The translations under genes were made by a program, and so were the position numbers. A DNA stretch of 64,000 nucleotides, taken from the NCBI GenBank assembly GCA_963770835.1, contig CAVYRH010000019.1:1-64000 (forward strand). Direction: 5' to 3'. Each line of letters opens with the position of its first letter. The stretch's first letter is position 1. This document shows, piece by piece, positions 10,218-20,004 of the stretch. The notes under the pieces are model-generated. The model was not told where the DNA came from. It saw only the letters and a list, made by a program, of their open reading frames with translations, and searched no databases. The stretch is from an uncultured Pseudomonadota bacterium. GTDB taxonomy: Bacteria > Oederibacteriota > Muellerivitia > Muellerivitales > Muellerivitaceae.

Positions 10218-10877
10218 TTAACGCTTCATTTTGGACTTTGGTTTTATTTTTCCTTTTCGGTAGGGGTCCCTGTGGAGGGCATAAGAACCGGCGTTGCGGG
10301 CGAGGTCTTTTTCCAATTGTTCCAATCGTCGCATGACGGGATCCGGCAGATGGATATGGTCCAAGGCTTCAAACTGCGTTCCTCTTAATTTCACGATCCG
10401 TCCCGGGACTCCCACGACAGTTGAATGGGGAGGAACATTCTTTACCACGACCGCGTTCGCCCCCACCTTGGAATATTCCCCAAGAACGATGGCTCCTAGT
10501 ACTTTCGCCCCTGCCGCTACCACCACATGGTTACGCAGGGTCGGGTGTCGTTTTCCTTTTTCCTTGCCCGTTCCGCCCAAGGTCACACCCTGGAAAAGGG
10601 TAACGTAATCCCCGATTTCACAGGTCTCGCCGATGACCACACCCATCCCGTGGTCGATGAAAAAGCTCTTGCCGATCCGGGCTCCGGGATGGATCTCAAT
10701 GCCCGTTAGGAACCTGGAAACCTGGGAGATCAGCCGGGGAATGAAAGGGACCTTGAAGATCCAAAGGGCATGCGCAACTCGGTGTGAAAGCACTGCGTAG
10801 ACGCTGGGATACAATGGTAACTCCCACCATTTCGCCGCCGGGTCCCGCTCTAAGATGGCCTTGATCGAGTTGAACAT
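10218..10877 (-). CDS. cysE: Serine O-acetyltransferase
   Basis: RDPAA, TGIEIHPGA, FIDHGMGVVIGET, GKRHPTL, hexapeptide repeats. Confidence 0.95.
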   Translation of the reverse strand: MFNSIKAILERDPAAKWWELPLYPSVYAVLSHRVAHALWIFKVPFIPRLISQVSRFLTGIEIHPGARIGKSFFIDHGMGVVIGETCEIGDYVTLFQGVTLGGTGKEKGKRHPTLRNHVVVAAGAKVLGAIVLGEYSKVGANAVVVKNVPPHSTVVGVPGRIVKLRGTQFEALDHIHLPDPVMRRLEQLEKDLARNAGSYALHRDPYRKGKIKPKSKMKR

Positions 10878-10886
10878 TCTCAGCCT

Positions 10887-11492
10887 TTATTTTTCATAAT
10901 CATTCAACAATCTGACTGCAGCTGAAAGTTTTTTTGAGTACGCAAACATCCTTACATCTTCCCGCCAGGTTGCTATATAGACAAGAATAGGATGTTTGCC
11001 TTTTACCATTTCGCCGTTTATATCTTTAAAAGAAACATGGTTTTTGGATTTCTTTAGCGCCTCGTTCAAATAATCTTCGTCAATATCCCCATTATTTATT
11101 GAGGCATTACCAAGGTAACTAAAGAAAAATTTCTCAAAATACTCCTTTGGTGAAATGCCAGCATGGTCAATCCTTTCTAACATTTCATTAAAGTCGCCCT
11201 CTTTGCTCGAAAACAAATCTTCAAACAATAATTTCCCACCGGGAGACAAAATTCTTAATCTCGTTTGATACCAAGCAAACCTTCGATCGGATCGATTACC
11301 CAATGAATCGACGGAATAGTCTTCAACTTTCTTCCAAACTAAGATGAATTCATCCTTTGTTTTTTCGTCTTCAAAATCATATTTTCGAATAATTTTATAA
11401 GGTCCTTCTAACAATTGCTCCTGCGAAAACGCTGGTATAGTCACAAGAATTAACGACATCACCAAAAGAGCTGTCTTCATCTTACCTATCAT
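10887..11492 (-). CDS. Hypothetical exported protein, AT-rich
   Basis: 201 aa ORF with signal peptide-like N-term (MKTALLVMSLILVTIPAFS); overlaps gltX end; visibly more AT-rich than neighbours. Confidence 0.65.
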   Translation of the reverse strand: MIGKMKTALLVMSLILVTIPAFSQEQLLEGPYKIIRKYDFEDEKTKDEFILVWKKVEDYSVDSLGNRSDRRFAWYQTRLRILSPGGKLLFEDLFSSKEGDFNEMLERIDHAGISPKEYFEKFFFSYLGNASINNGDIDEDYLNEALKKSKNHVSFKDINGEMVKGKHPILVYIATWREDVRMFAYSKKLSAAVRLLNDYEK

Positions 11493-12942
11493 TTTTTATT
11501 TGTTCCGTTGTCCAGACCGCCAACCGCTCAATAACCTTATCCTTCCCCAGCAATGGCCCGATCTTCACAAGCTCCGGCCCGTCTTCCCGGCCTGTCATAG
11601 CCAAACGCAAGGGGTGGTACAAGACTTTTCCTTTCAAATTCATCTGCTTGCCTACTTCCTTCACCGCCTTGAGAAAACCCTCACCGTTAAATTCATTAAC
11701 CTCGGAAATCGCCTTCTCATAGGCTTCTAATAGTAGTTTCTGGTTTTTCATTTCCTCGGATTGGGCCGGCTCGAAATGGAGTTCATCGGAAAAGAAATAA
11801 AAAGTCTCCTTCACTATGTCTGAAAAGCAGCCCAGATTCGTCCGGACCGTATCCACCACCCCTTTAAGCCAGTCAAACTTTTCCCGTGCCTGTTCACGGG
11901 TAATGTATTGGGCGTCTGTCAGGTAAGGCAAAAGGGCCCGGGTCAATTCGTCGAGGGGCATTTTGGCGATGTACTGCTGGCCCATCCAATGCAGCTTCAC
12001 GGGGTCGAAGATCGCGCCGCTTTTGCCTACGTGGGTAAGGTCAAACTCCGCTGCCATCTGATCAAGCGTCAAGATTTCCCCGCTTTTAGGGGCCCAACCC
12101 AAAAGAGCCAGGTAGTTGAGGAAGGCATCCGATAAGTAACCCTTGGCCTTGTAGCTTTCCACGCTGGTTTCGCCGTGGCGTTTGGAAAGCTTCTGGCCGT
12201 CCGGCCCCTTAATAATAGAAAGATGGGCGAACTTAGGAGGAGTGTAACCCAAAGCCTGGTATATCAAGATTTGCTTGGGCGTGTTGGACAAATGGTCTTC
12301 CCCACGGATCACATGGCTGACTTTCATGAGGGCGTCGTCCACCACCACCGTGAAGTTATAGGTGGGACTGCCATCGGACCGGGTCAGCACGAAATCCCCG
12401 ATCTGGTCGTCCGGAAACCGCACCTCGCCCCGCACCTCGTCGTAAACCAAGATCTCACCTGGGGGGACAATGAACCTCAAAACCGAAGGCTTCCCTTCGG
12501 CGTCCAATTTTTTCCTTTCCTCCACCGTCAGCTTCTTACACTTGCCGCCATATTTGGGCATATGGCCTCGGCCCAATTGGCGTTTTCGGTCCAACTCCAG
12601 CTCTTCCTCGGTGCAATAGCAGGTATAGACCAGGTTCTTGGCCTTCAACTGGCTTAAATGTTCCTCGTAAATAGGCGTGCGTTCGGATTGCTTATAGGAA
12701 GCATAGGGCCCCCCGACCCGAGGGCCCTCATCCCACTTCAAGCCCAGCCAGGTCATGATCTCCATCAATTCCTCGCAATGGGCATCCGAGGAACGTTCCT
12801 TGTCCGTATCCTCCACGCGAAGGATAAACACACCCCGCATATGGCGGGCATAAAGCCAGTTGTAAAGGGCGGTTCGCACGTTGCCCAAGTGCAGTGAACC
12901 CGTCGGGCTCGGGGCGAAGCGGACTCGAACTGTTTCACTCAT
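11482..12942 (-). CDS. gltX: Glutamate--tRNA ligase
   Basis: RFAPSPTG, HLGN, RGEDHLSNT, KLSKR. Confidence 0.97.
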   Translation of the reverse strand: MSETVRVRFAPSPTGSLHLGNVRTALYNWLYARHMRGVFILRVEDTDKERSSDAHCEELMEIMTWLGLKWDEGPRVGGPYASYKQSERTPIYEEHLSQLKAKNLVYTCYCTEEELELDRKRQLGRGHMPKYGGKCKKLTVEERKKLDAEGKPSVLRFIVPPGEILVYDEVRGEVRFPDDQIGDFVLTRSDGSPTYNFTVVVDDALMKVSHVIRGEDHLSNTPKQILIYQALGYTPPKFAHLSIIKGPDGQKLSKRHGETSVESYKAKGYLSDAFLNYLALLGWAPKSGEILTLDQMAAEFDLTHVGKSGAIFDPVKLHWMGQQYIAKMPLDELTRALLPYLTDAQYITREQAREKFDWLKGVVDTVRTNLGCFSDIVKETFYFFSDELHFEPAQSEEMKNQKLLLEAYEKAISEVNEFNGEGFLKAVKEVGKQMNLKGKVLYHPLRLAMTGREDGPELVKIGPLLGKDKVIERLAVWTTEQIKNDR

Positions 12943-12948
12943 GATCCA

Positions 12949-13440
12949 TCAATCCTTTTGAAGTAATACCACGGCCTGCACAGCAAGGCCTTCCTCGCGC
13001 CCCTCAAACCCCATGCCTTCCGTGGTTTTGGCCTTCACGTTCACCTGTTCAGCGCCGACTTCCAGGTTTTCCTCGATCATCCGCGACATGGAAACCAGAT
13101 AGGACGCCAGTTTGGGCTTTTGGCAGACGATAGTGGCATCCACATTCCCGATTTTCCAACCCTTGGCCCCGGCCATGCGGGCGCATTCCTTGAGCATGAC
13201 GAGGCTGTCCGCGTCCTTCCATTTGGGGTCAGTATCCGGGAAGTACTTTCCCATATCCCCCAAGGCCGCCGCTCCCAGGATGGCATCGGATACGGCGTGG
13301 CAAAGGGCGTCCGCGTCCGAATGGCCCCAAAGACCCTTTTCGTGGGGTACGGTAACACCCCCAAGGACCAAGGACCGTCCTTCAACAAACCGATGGGCGT
13401 CATAGCCGATGCCGACTCTAAAATCCACAAAACACCTCAC
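12949..13440 (-). CDS. ispF: 2-C-methyl-D-erythritol 2,4-cyclodiphosphate synthase
   Basis: GIGYDAH, GHSDADALCHA, VKAKTTEGMG. Confidence 0.96.
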   Translation of the reverse strand: MRCFVDFRVGIGYDAHRFVEGRSLVLGGVTVPHEKGLWGHSDADALCHAVSDAILGAAALGDMGKYFPDTDPKWKDADSLVMLKECARMAGAKGWKIGNVDATIVCQKPKLASYLVSMSRMIEENLEVGAEQVNVKAKTTEGMGFEGREEGLAVQAVVLLQKD

Positions 13441-13461
13441 CTAGGTCTGTTTTAACCGACT

Positions 13462-14184
13462 TTAGTGCTGTTCCCGGCCTTTTTCCCACCAAACCAGGTC
13501 TTTTGCGTGCCGCAGGTCGTCGGGGGTGGTCACTTTGAAATTCAAAAGGTCCCCTTCCACTACCCGCACCTTCATGCCGGCCGCCTCGACAACGGCGGCG
13601 TCGTCCGTCAAACGGGAGGCTTTACGCCCCAGTTTCCGGAAAGCTTTCCGCAATATGGCAAGTTTGAACCCTTGGGGGGTCTGGACCGCCCCGATCTTGG
13701 ACCTGTCCAGGGTCTTCACAACCTTGCCGCCGGAGACCATCTTGAGGGTGTCCTTCACGGGAATAACGGGAATAACGGCCCCAAAACGGGCGGCGCCTTC
13801 CAAGACGCGGTGGATGATACCGGGGCTTACCAAGGGCCTCGCGGCGTCATGGATCAGCACGTGCTTTACACCAGGTGGTACCACTTCCAAGCCCAATCGG
13901 ACCGAATCTTCCCTTTCCGCCCCACCCTTGGTTACGATTCCAGCCAGTTTCCAACGGTAAATGGCCTGAATGGCCTGTTCCAAGTATTCATGCCGGGTGA
14001 CGATGATGACGTAAGCCAGGCCCGGCACCTGCCGAAAGGCTTCCAGGCACATGTCCAACATGGTGCGCCGGTGGTCAATGTAAAGGAACGGTTTGGGCGT
14101 CTGGCTTTTCAGCCGCTTCGACTGCCCCGCCGCCACAATAATGGCCGCCCAAGGCTGGGTTTTCTTGTGTTTGACTTTGGTCAT
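13462..14184 (-). CDS. ispD: 2-C-methyl-D-erythritol 4-phosphate cytidylyltransferase
   Basis: AAGQSKR, IHDAARP, VQTPQGF, TDDA, KVTTPDD; adjacent to ispF. Confidence 0.93.
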   Translation of the reverse strand: MTKVKHKKTQPWAAIIVAAGQSKRLKSQTPKPFLYIDHRRTMLDMCLEAFRQVPGLAYVIIVTRHEYLEQAIQAIYRWKLAGIVTKGGAEREDSVRLGLEVVPPGVKHVLIHDAARPLVSPGIIHRVLEGAARFGAVIPVIPVKDTLKMVSGGKVVKTLDRSKIGAVQTPQGFKLAILRKAFRKLGRKASRLTDDAAVVEAAGMKVRVVEGDLLNFKVTTPDDLRHAKDLVWWEKGREQH

Positions 14185-14256
14185 AAGGTCGCACAGTCTA
14201 ACAAAAGGGATGGGATGTTTCCAGAAAAGCCATGAAAAGGCTGAGATTCAACAAAT

Positions 14257-15651
14257 TTATCTTGGGACGAGGATTCCGATGGCCTCGGCCAGGGTCTTCA
14301 CCCCTAAAACTTCCATCGGGGCATCGGGTAGCAAGGAAACTGCTTTCAAGTTACCGTGAGGAATGATCGCTTGCTTGAAGCCCAGCCGCGCAGCTTCAGC
14401 CAAACGGGGGCCGATTTGGGAAACCGCGCGCACTTCCCCGGAAAGTCCCAATTCCCCCAGCACGAGGGTATCGCTGGAAACGGCTACCTCCCGGAATGAG
14501 GAAGCCACAGCCACCGCCACGCTCAGGTCGATGGAAGGTTCCACTACCTTGATCCCGCCCGCGATGTTTAGAAACACATCCTGTGAAGAAATGGCCATGC
14601 CGAGGCGTTTTTCCAGGATGGCCAGGATCAAGGCCAGGCGGTTGGGGTCGATGCCAGAGGACCTTCTCTGGGGCATCCCGAAGTTCGTGGGGCTGACCAG
14701 GGACTGCACTTCCAAAAGAAGGGGCCGGGTGCCTTCCAGGCTGGCGGTAATAACCGCGCCGGAGCTATGCACGAAATGGTCGTCCAAAAAGGCCTTCGAG
14801 GCATCCACCACTTCCGAAAGGCCGTCCTCCCGCATCTCGAAGATGCCGATTTCCTGGGTGCTACCGAAGCGGTTCTTTACCGCCCTCAAAAGACGGTAAT
14901 GCCGCTGGATATCACCCTCGAAATAAAGGACCGCGTCCACCATGTGCTCTAGCACCATGGGCCCCGCAATGCTGCCTTCCTTAGTGACATGGCCGATGAA
15001 GAACATGGGTAGTTTCTCGCGTTTGGCCAAGTAGGTAAGCCGGGCCGCCGATTCGCGCACTTGAGAAACACTGCCCGGGGCCGAGGCAATATCAGCCAAA
15101 AAGAGGGTCTGGATGGAGTCAATAACCGTCAAAATCGGCTTGGTTTTTTCGATCTGATCCAGGATGGCCAATACGTCCGTTTCAGGGAAGATGAAAAGGT
15201 TGTTGGAACGGATACCCAACCGTTCCGCACGGAGCTTGATCTGCTGGGCCGATTCCTCCCCCGTCACATAGAGACACTTTCCCTGGCCTTGTTTTTGTAG
15301 CTTCGACAACTTATCCACGACCTGTAAAAGAAGTGTTGATTTGCCGATTCCGGGGTCTCCGCCGATCATGACCGTTTCCCCCGGCACGATACCACCGCCC
15401 AGAACCCGGTCGAACTCGTTGATTTGGGTTTTAAGGCGAAAGCCCTCATCCACATCAATCTCGTCAAGGGCCACAGGTGCCACCGTTTCCGAGAGTTTGG
15501 AAAGCTTGCGGCCCCGTTCTTCCGACTTTCCGGAATCGATCAGCTCCTCAACGAAGCTGTTCCATTCGCCGCAGGCGGTGCACCGGCCCTGCCACTTCAG
15601 GCTTCTGGAACCGCAGTTTTGGCACACGAATTGGGTTTTGGTTTTTGCCAT
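14257..15651 (-). CDS. radA: DNA repair protein RadA/Sms
   Basis: C4 zinc finger CQNCG...CTAC, GDPGIGKSTLL, KNRFG, Lon-like C-term GELGLSGEVR. Confidence 0.97.
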   Translation of the reverse strand: MAKTKTQFVCQNCGSRSLKWQGRCTACGEWNSFVEELIDSGKSEERGRKLSKLSETVAPVALDEIDVDEGFRLKTQINEFDRVLGGGIVPGETVMIGGDPGIGKSTLLLQVVDKLSKLQKQGQGKCLYVTGEESAQQIKLRAERLGIRSNNLFIFPETDVLAILDQIEKTKPILTVIDSIQTLFLADIASAPGSVSQVRESAARLTYLAKREKLPMFFIGHVTKEGSIAGPMVLEHMVDAVLYFEGDIQRHYRLLRAVKNRFGSTQEIGIFEMREDGLSEVVDASKAFLDDHFVHSSGAVITASLEGTRPLLLEVQSLVSPTNFGMPQRRSSGIDPNRLALILAILEKRLGMAISSQDVFLNIAGGIKVVEPSIDLSVAVAVASSFREVAVSSDTLVLGELGLSGEVRAVSQIGPRLAEAARLGFKQAIIPHGNLKAVSLLPDAPMEVLGVKTLAEAIGILVPR

Positions 15652-15652
15652 A

Positions 15653-16297
15653 TTAATTAAACCTCTGCACAAAGCCGATTTGGACCGGCAACGCAATAGG
15701 ATTCGGAAAATTACCTGTTACCCCGTCCAATTCAAACACGAAACCGCCGTAATTAATGTCAACCCCGATTCCCTCATAGGTCCAATTGGTGCCGCTCCAG
15801 AAACCGGAACTCCAAAGAGAAAAGCCGTTGTTGGCGTTAGTGGTTCCGACCAATCCGCCCACCAGTGAAAAATTGGCCAGGAAGGATTGGTCCTCCACCA
15901 GTTTGACTGATAAATCAGCCTGAATGCCCCTCGTCCCTCCCCAATAGGCGCCCGAAAACTTCACTCCGAAATCGGAAAGGTAATAACCCGCCACCAGGTT
16001 CAAAACGGTTGGCGACCCATAGGTAACCCCCAAAACGGGATATTCCTGGGCGAATGGCTTTTTATTATCCTCGCGCTGGATATAGGCGATTTCCGATTTG
16101 TCGATCTTCACTTGCACGCCGTTTTCGATTTCCATGAGGACGTAATCGGACTGTTCCTCAAGAATCTTCCCGTCGAATTTCTGCCCGTCGTTAGTCATGA
16201 TTTCCGCCGCTTGAACAGCGATGGCCATGAATAGGAAAAACAGCGCTCCCGGGAGTAAGTCCAACAACTGCGAAAATATTTTTCTGGCTTTCGGCAT
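15653..16297 (-). CDS. Hypothetical exported protein, possible small outer-membrane beta-barrel
   Basis: Signal peptide-like N-term, short N-domain, amphipathic Gly/aromatic strands, ends in GFVQRFN. Confidence 0.55.
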   Translation of the reverse strand: MPKARKIFSQLLDLLPGALFFLFMAIAVQAAEIMTNDGQKFDGKILEEQSDYVLMEIENGVQVKIDKSEIAYIQREDNKKPFAQEYPVLGVTYGSPTVLNLVAGYYLSDFGVKFSGAYWGGTRGIQADLSVKLVEDQSFLANFSLVGGLVGTTNANNGFSLWSSGFWSGTNWTYEGIGVDINYGGFVFELDGVTGNFPNPIALPVQIGFVQRFN

Positions 16298-16360
16298 TCC
16301 AGGCTCTTTCTTTAGTGGCAGTGGAAAAATTATACACTTGTATACTATCCAAAACAAACA

Positions 16361-16388
16361 AAAAAGGCTCCCGGGGGAGGAGCCTTTT
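16361..16388 (-). terminator. Intrinsic terminator-like hairpin after the DUF4412 gene
   Basis: AAAAAGGCTCC-cgggg-GAGGAGCCTTTT; U-tract on the minus strand. Confidence 0.55.
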
Positions 16389-16409
16389 AAAATCAGAGTT
16401 GGATAGGAA

Positions 16410-17165
16410 TTAAAAAGGAAGCTTGGACTTAAGGGCCGAACCCACGGGGTCCTGATTGCCGGACGAATTGGGCGAACCCGCCGACGGGTTGGCGCTATTG
16501 AACATATTACCCATGTCGAATTTTTTGTAGTCCGGGGGCGGTTCAAAAAAATCGTCGCCGAGGGATTTCGCCTCCACCTTCGTGACAGTCCCAGTGTTCT
16601 TGATCTTTCCCGATTTATCGTCGGTTTCCCATTTCATGGGGAAAAGTTTCTTGGAAACGACCAAATTCACAAGAGCCCTCTGGTCCGATGGCAGCTTATT
16701 GGCCTGGGCCGCCATTTCAGACCCCCACCAATTTCCGATGCCGGGGGTCAGCCAGATCTTCCCGTTATTGTCGTCCGAGGTGTAATCCCATTCCTCGCAG
16801 CTGTGCCCCAGGATGGTTTCAGTGCTGCCCGTATCGGTCACTTTGAAATGCTTGCTGTTACCATCGTAGTTCCACTTCTCTGGATGAACCTGACTCACCG
16901 TGTACATTTTCTGCTTATCCATCAACATGGTGATCTGGTTGGTTTGCCAGTCATATATGCTGCCTCCCGAAAACGAACCTTTTTCGTTGCTAATCGTGAT
17001 CTGGGTTCGCGCCCGGTGACCCTTGACGAAGTATTGGATAGGCAGGGTTTTACCGTTGTTGGTCGTCATGGTCATATCGACTTCCCCCTCGAAATCGCCG
17101 GCCTGGGCAAAACCCGTCCCTAGCGCCACCGCCAGCCCCAAAAAGACCTTCAAAAAGCATTTCAT
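16410..17165 (-). CDS. DUF4412-like exported protein
   Basis: Signal peptide, FEG start, TGSTETILGHSCEEW, IWLTPG, FFEPPPDYKK pattern typical of DUF4412/GLPGLI-like proteins. Confidence 0.7.
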   Translation of the reverse strand: MKCFLKVFLGLAVALGTGFAQAGDFEGEVDMTMTTNNGKTLPIQYFVKGHRARTQITISNEKGSFSGGSIYDWQTNQITMLMDKQKMYTVSQVHPEKWNYDGNSKHFKVTDTGSTETILGHSCEEWDYTSDDNNGKIWLTPGIGNWWGSEMAAQANKLPSDQRALVNLVVSKKLFPMKWETDDKSGKIKNTGTVTKVEAKSLGDDFFEPPPDYKKFDMGNMFNSANPSAGSPNSSGNQDPVGSALKSKLPF

Positions 17166-17221
17166 GTCGCCCTCCTCAAAAGTTCTGGTAGCAATGTATC
17201 CAAACCCAATGGGCCCGACAA

Positions 17222-17252
17222 TAAAAAAGCCCCGGCTTTACCGGGGCTCTTG
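17222..17252 (-). terminator. Intrinsic terminator
   Basis: AAAAAAGCCCCGG-cttta-CCGGGGCT hairpin with U-tract on the minus strand. Confidence 0.7.
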
Positions 17253-17279
17253 TTATTTTTCGTTTTACCAGGCGGAAAT

Positions 17280-17588
17280 TTACTTGGATTTTTCTTCGCC
17301 CTCTTTCGAGTCTTTATCCCCCATCATCCCCATGCACTTTCCATCCTTGCCCATCATGTGGCCGTTCCAGGGGCACGCCGTGGAATAGGAACAAGTATCT
17401 CCGTGGGAGTGGCAATAAATGGCTGAACCCGCCAGGCAAAGGGGACCAATGAAGGAAACAACGATAATGATCCAACCGATGACCTTTCCAATGGTCTTGT
17501 TGGTGCTCTTTTCCTTTTCCGCAAGGGTCAAAACCCAATACCCGACGGCCAAACCGATCAAATAAGCCACAATCCGATGCGTTACCAT
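17280..17588 (-). CDS. Small two-TM membrane protein with Cys/His/Met-rich tail
   Basis: Two hydrophobic segments then CHSHGDTCSYSTACPWNGHMMGKDGKCMGMMG; SD GGAGGG upstream. Confidence 0.7.
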   Translation of the reverse strand: MVTHRIVAYLIGLAVGYWVLTLAEKEKSTNKTIGKVIGWIIIVVSFIGPLCLAGSAIYCHSHGDTCSYSTACPWNGHMMGKDGKCMGMMGDKDSKEGEEKSK

Positions 17589-17699
17589 TGTTTTCCCTCC
17601 AACCAAAATTAAATTCTGGACCTATTTTAGGCTTGTCTTTCATTGAATGGATATGGCCAAAATGACTTATTTAGGCGTGTACCGATGATAAAGGCCGGC

Positions 17700-19091
17700 T
17701 TACAAACCGTACATCTGCGCGCCACCGAGTTGAAAGAAAAACTTATAACTCAAAGGATTTCCATCATAAGTTCCTGAAAATTCAGATGGCGTCTGGTCAT
17801 TCGTGATGGAGGCCCCGGCCCGCAATTCCCACCCGTCCCAGGCTACCACCCGGTGGCTATAGCCCAAGGTAATGGCGGTCACCCAACGGCCGTTATTAGG
17901 GTCGGCGAGGCCGGGTATCCCCAGTTCGTTGGGGGTGCGTTGCAGCACCTCGACCCTCCCGAAGATCGCCATTTTTTCGCTGGCGAAGGCGAATTCTTCC
18001 AGCGTCGAATTGAGGAAAGTAGCGTTGTCGATATTCGTAATGCCCCCATATACCAGTGTGTTATGGAACGTCCAGGCATCCGACAAGGGGAAATGGGTAT
18101 AAAGCGACGCTGAATACCGGCTGTCATTGGCGATACCCGGCTCAGGATTGTTGACGTAAGCGTAGGAAGCCATGGCCATGACTTGGGGTGAAAACTCCTG
18201 GATAACCCGAAGGGCGTAGGAATCCGGCGTGCCGATGGGCAGGTCCACTCGGGTGGGATCAGGTTCCATACCATTGAAGGTGGAGGCTTCCAGGTGAAGG
18301 CCGCCCAGCTTCAGGGACTCTCCAATGACGGTGCTGGAAATATGCCCCACATCCTGTCCGATATGGTGGCCTAAGGGAGTGTCAGGATTGACCATCCCCG
18401 TAATACGGTGCATGTAGTCGATGGGCCCGTCCGTAGATTCACCCCGCGGGGCAGCGAATAACTTTAGGTTGCTCTTGTCCCCCGCGTCCAGGGCAATGGT
18501 GTCGCTCAAGGTAAGCCCCATGATGGGGGAGCTGTGGGGATGCTGGGCGTCAATGAAGGGGTTGCCGTTCGCCTGGGTCTCGCCGATCTGAAAAAGTTCA
18601 GGTGTTCCGGTTTTAGGAACCAGCCAAAGGTCGGTGGTCAGCATGACGTCCAGGTTCAGGTACTGGACATCCCCCACGGAAGTCCCCAAGTCAGCCATAA
18701 ACATGTTGGGCCCGGAAAAATCCGCCCGGCCCCGTTGTACGCCCTCCTCCGCTATGGCTTCAAAAAAACCATACCCATGCAGCATGAGCATGCTCATGGG
18801 CATATGGGCCATGGGAAAGGGCATGGCCATTTGCATGTCTTCATCCCAAACTTCCATGGAGCCTAGGGGCGCGGTTGGATTTGGCAGTATTCCACCCGAA
18901 CTTTTGGACATGCCCATGGAATCGGTTTGACCAGCGGGAGTAGGAGTTTCGGAAGGAGTGTCTTGACCAAAAGCAGGTAAAGAAATAATGAAGAGGGCCA
19001 GGAGAACCGCACAACCTATTCCTAGTTGTGTTTTTTTCACTTTTTTACTTTCGTAGAGGATGGTTGACGTTAAATACCTTACTGTTTCCAC
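17700..19091 (-). CDS. Putative outer-membrane beta-barrel protein with Met-rich N-terminus and His motifs
   Basis: Signal peptide (start probably GTG ~19040), DMQMAMPFPMAHMPMSMLMLHG, DAQHPH, GHHIGQDVGHI, amphipathic strands. Confidence 0.6.
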   Translation of the reverse strand: METVRYLTSTILYESKKVKKTQLGIGCAVLLALFIISLPAFGQDTPSETPTPAGQTDSMGMSKSSGGILPNPTAPLGSMEVWDEDMQMAMPFPMAHMPMSMLMLHGYGFFEAIAEEGVQRGRADFSGPNMFMADLGTSVGDVQYLNLDVMLTTDLWLVPKTGTPELFQIGETQANGNPFIDAQHPHSSPIMGLTLSDTIALDAGDKSNLKLFAAPRGESTDGPIDYMHRITGMVNPDTPLGHHIGQDVGHISSTVIGESLKLGGLHLEASTFNGMEPDPTRVDLPIGTPDSYALRVIQEFSPQVMAMASYAYVNNPEPGIANDSRYSASLYTHFPLSDAWTFHNTLVYGGITNIDNATFLNSTLEEFAFASEKMAIFGRVEVLQRTPNELGIPGLADPNNGRWVTAITLGYSHRVVAWDGWELRAGASITNDQTPSEFSGTYDGNPLSYKFFFQLGGAQMYGL

Positions 19092-19957
19092 AAAAGTTTC
19101 CAGGGATGGGCCTTTAATTCCTCGACCAGCCCCTTGATGTCGCCGGCCACCTCGGGGTCCTTCAGAAGAACCCCCAACGCCCCTTTGCCGTCGTGGATGT
19201 CATTGGCCACTTCGTTCATCACCTGAAGGGTATTGTTAAGGTCTTTGACCGACTGGGTGATCTGCTGTTTGTTGAGAGCGTTGGTCAGGGTTTCCAGGTT
19301 CTTGGAGATCTTCTGGGCGCTGGCCATGATTTCAGGCGCCTGCTCGCTGGAAAGAGACAATCCATCAATAATTTTATCGATCTTGGCCCGGCTTTGGATC
19401 GTCAGCTCCAACAATTGGTCGGTGGCCTTGTTCATATTGTCGAAGGAATGGAGGAAATTCTCTTTGGCCTTGGGATCGCCCATCATCTTTTCGAAATTCT
19501 CCATCACGTCGCCTATTTCGCTGAAGGTCAGGTCCAGGTTGTTGGAATCCTTCCCCACCAGGATGTCGCCCTTCTCAAGCTCCGGTCCTATCCCCAGGTT
19601 GGCGGTGATTTGCACGTAACGGGAACCCAGCAGTCCCGCGCTGTAAAGGGCGATTTCGGAATCCTTTCTCAATTTAAGGTCCCGGTTGGTGATCAGGAGA
19701 TCCACCAGGGCCTTGTTGTCACCCAACCGGATGTCCTTAACGAAGCCCACCTTAATGCCGCCGGCGTATTCCACCGGCGCATTGGTTTTCAGGTCGCCGA
19801 GGAAATTAAAGGAAACGGTGACCACCCGGCCGCCCGGCCCAAACTGGAAATTGTTGATGAAAAGGAGGGCCACCATCAGGACGAGGAGGGCTACGATGGT
19901 CATCAGCCCGACCTTGAACTCGAGGCTCCAAATAGGGTTGTGTTTGATGTCCGGCAT
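19079..19957 (-). CDS. mlaD: MCE/MlaD family protein
   Basis: N-terminal TM, LKTNAPVEYAGGIKVG, GLLGSRYV, helical C-term with GKGALG and HPWKLL. Confidence 0.88.
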   Translation of the reverse strand: MPDIKHNPIWSLEFKVGLMTIVALLVLMVALLFINNFQFGPGGRVVTVSFNFLGDLKTNAPVEYAGGIKVGFVKDIRLGDNKALVDLLITNRDLKLRKDSEIALYSAGLLGSRYVQITANLGIGPELEKGDILVGKDSNNLDLTFSEIGDVMENFEKMMGDPKAKENFLHSFDNMNKATDQLLELTIQSRAKIDKIIDGLSLSSEQAPEIMASAQKISKNLETLTNALNKQQITQSVKDLNNTLQVMNEVANDIHDGKGALGVLLKDPEVAGDIKGLVEELKAHPWKLLWKQ

Positions 19958-20004
19958 TTCTTTAAAACCTCAAAAATGAACTTCCATTCTAATTTCTTCC
20001 AGAT

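Noticed and set aside
10134..10886. T-box riboswitch for cysE/cysS
   Set aside because: Only 9 bp precede cysE, and I found no T-box consensus (AAGGTGGNACC-like) in the cysE-cysS gap.
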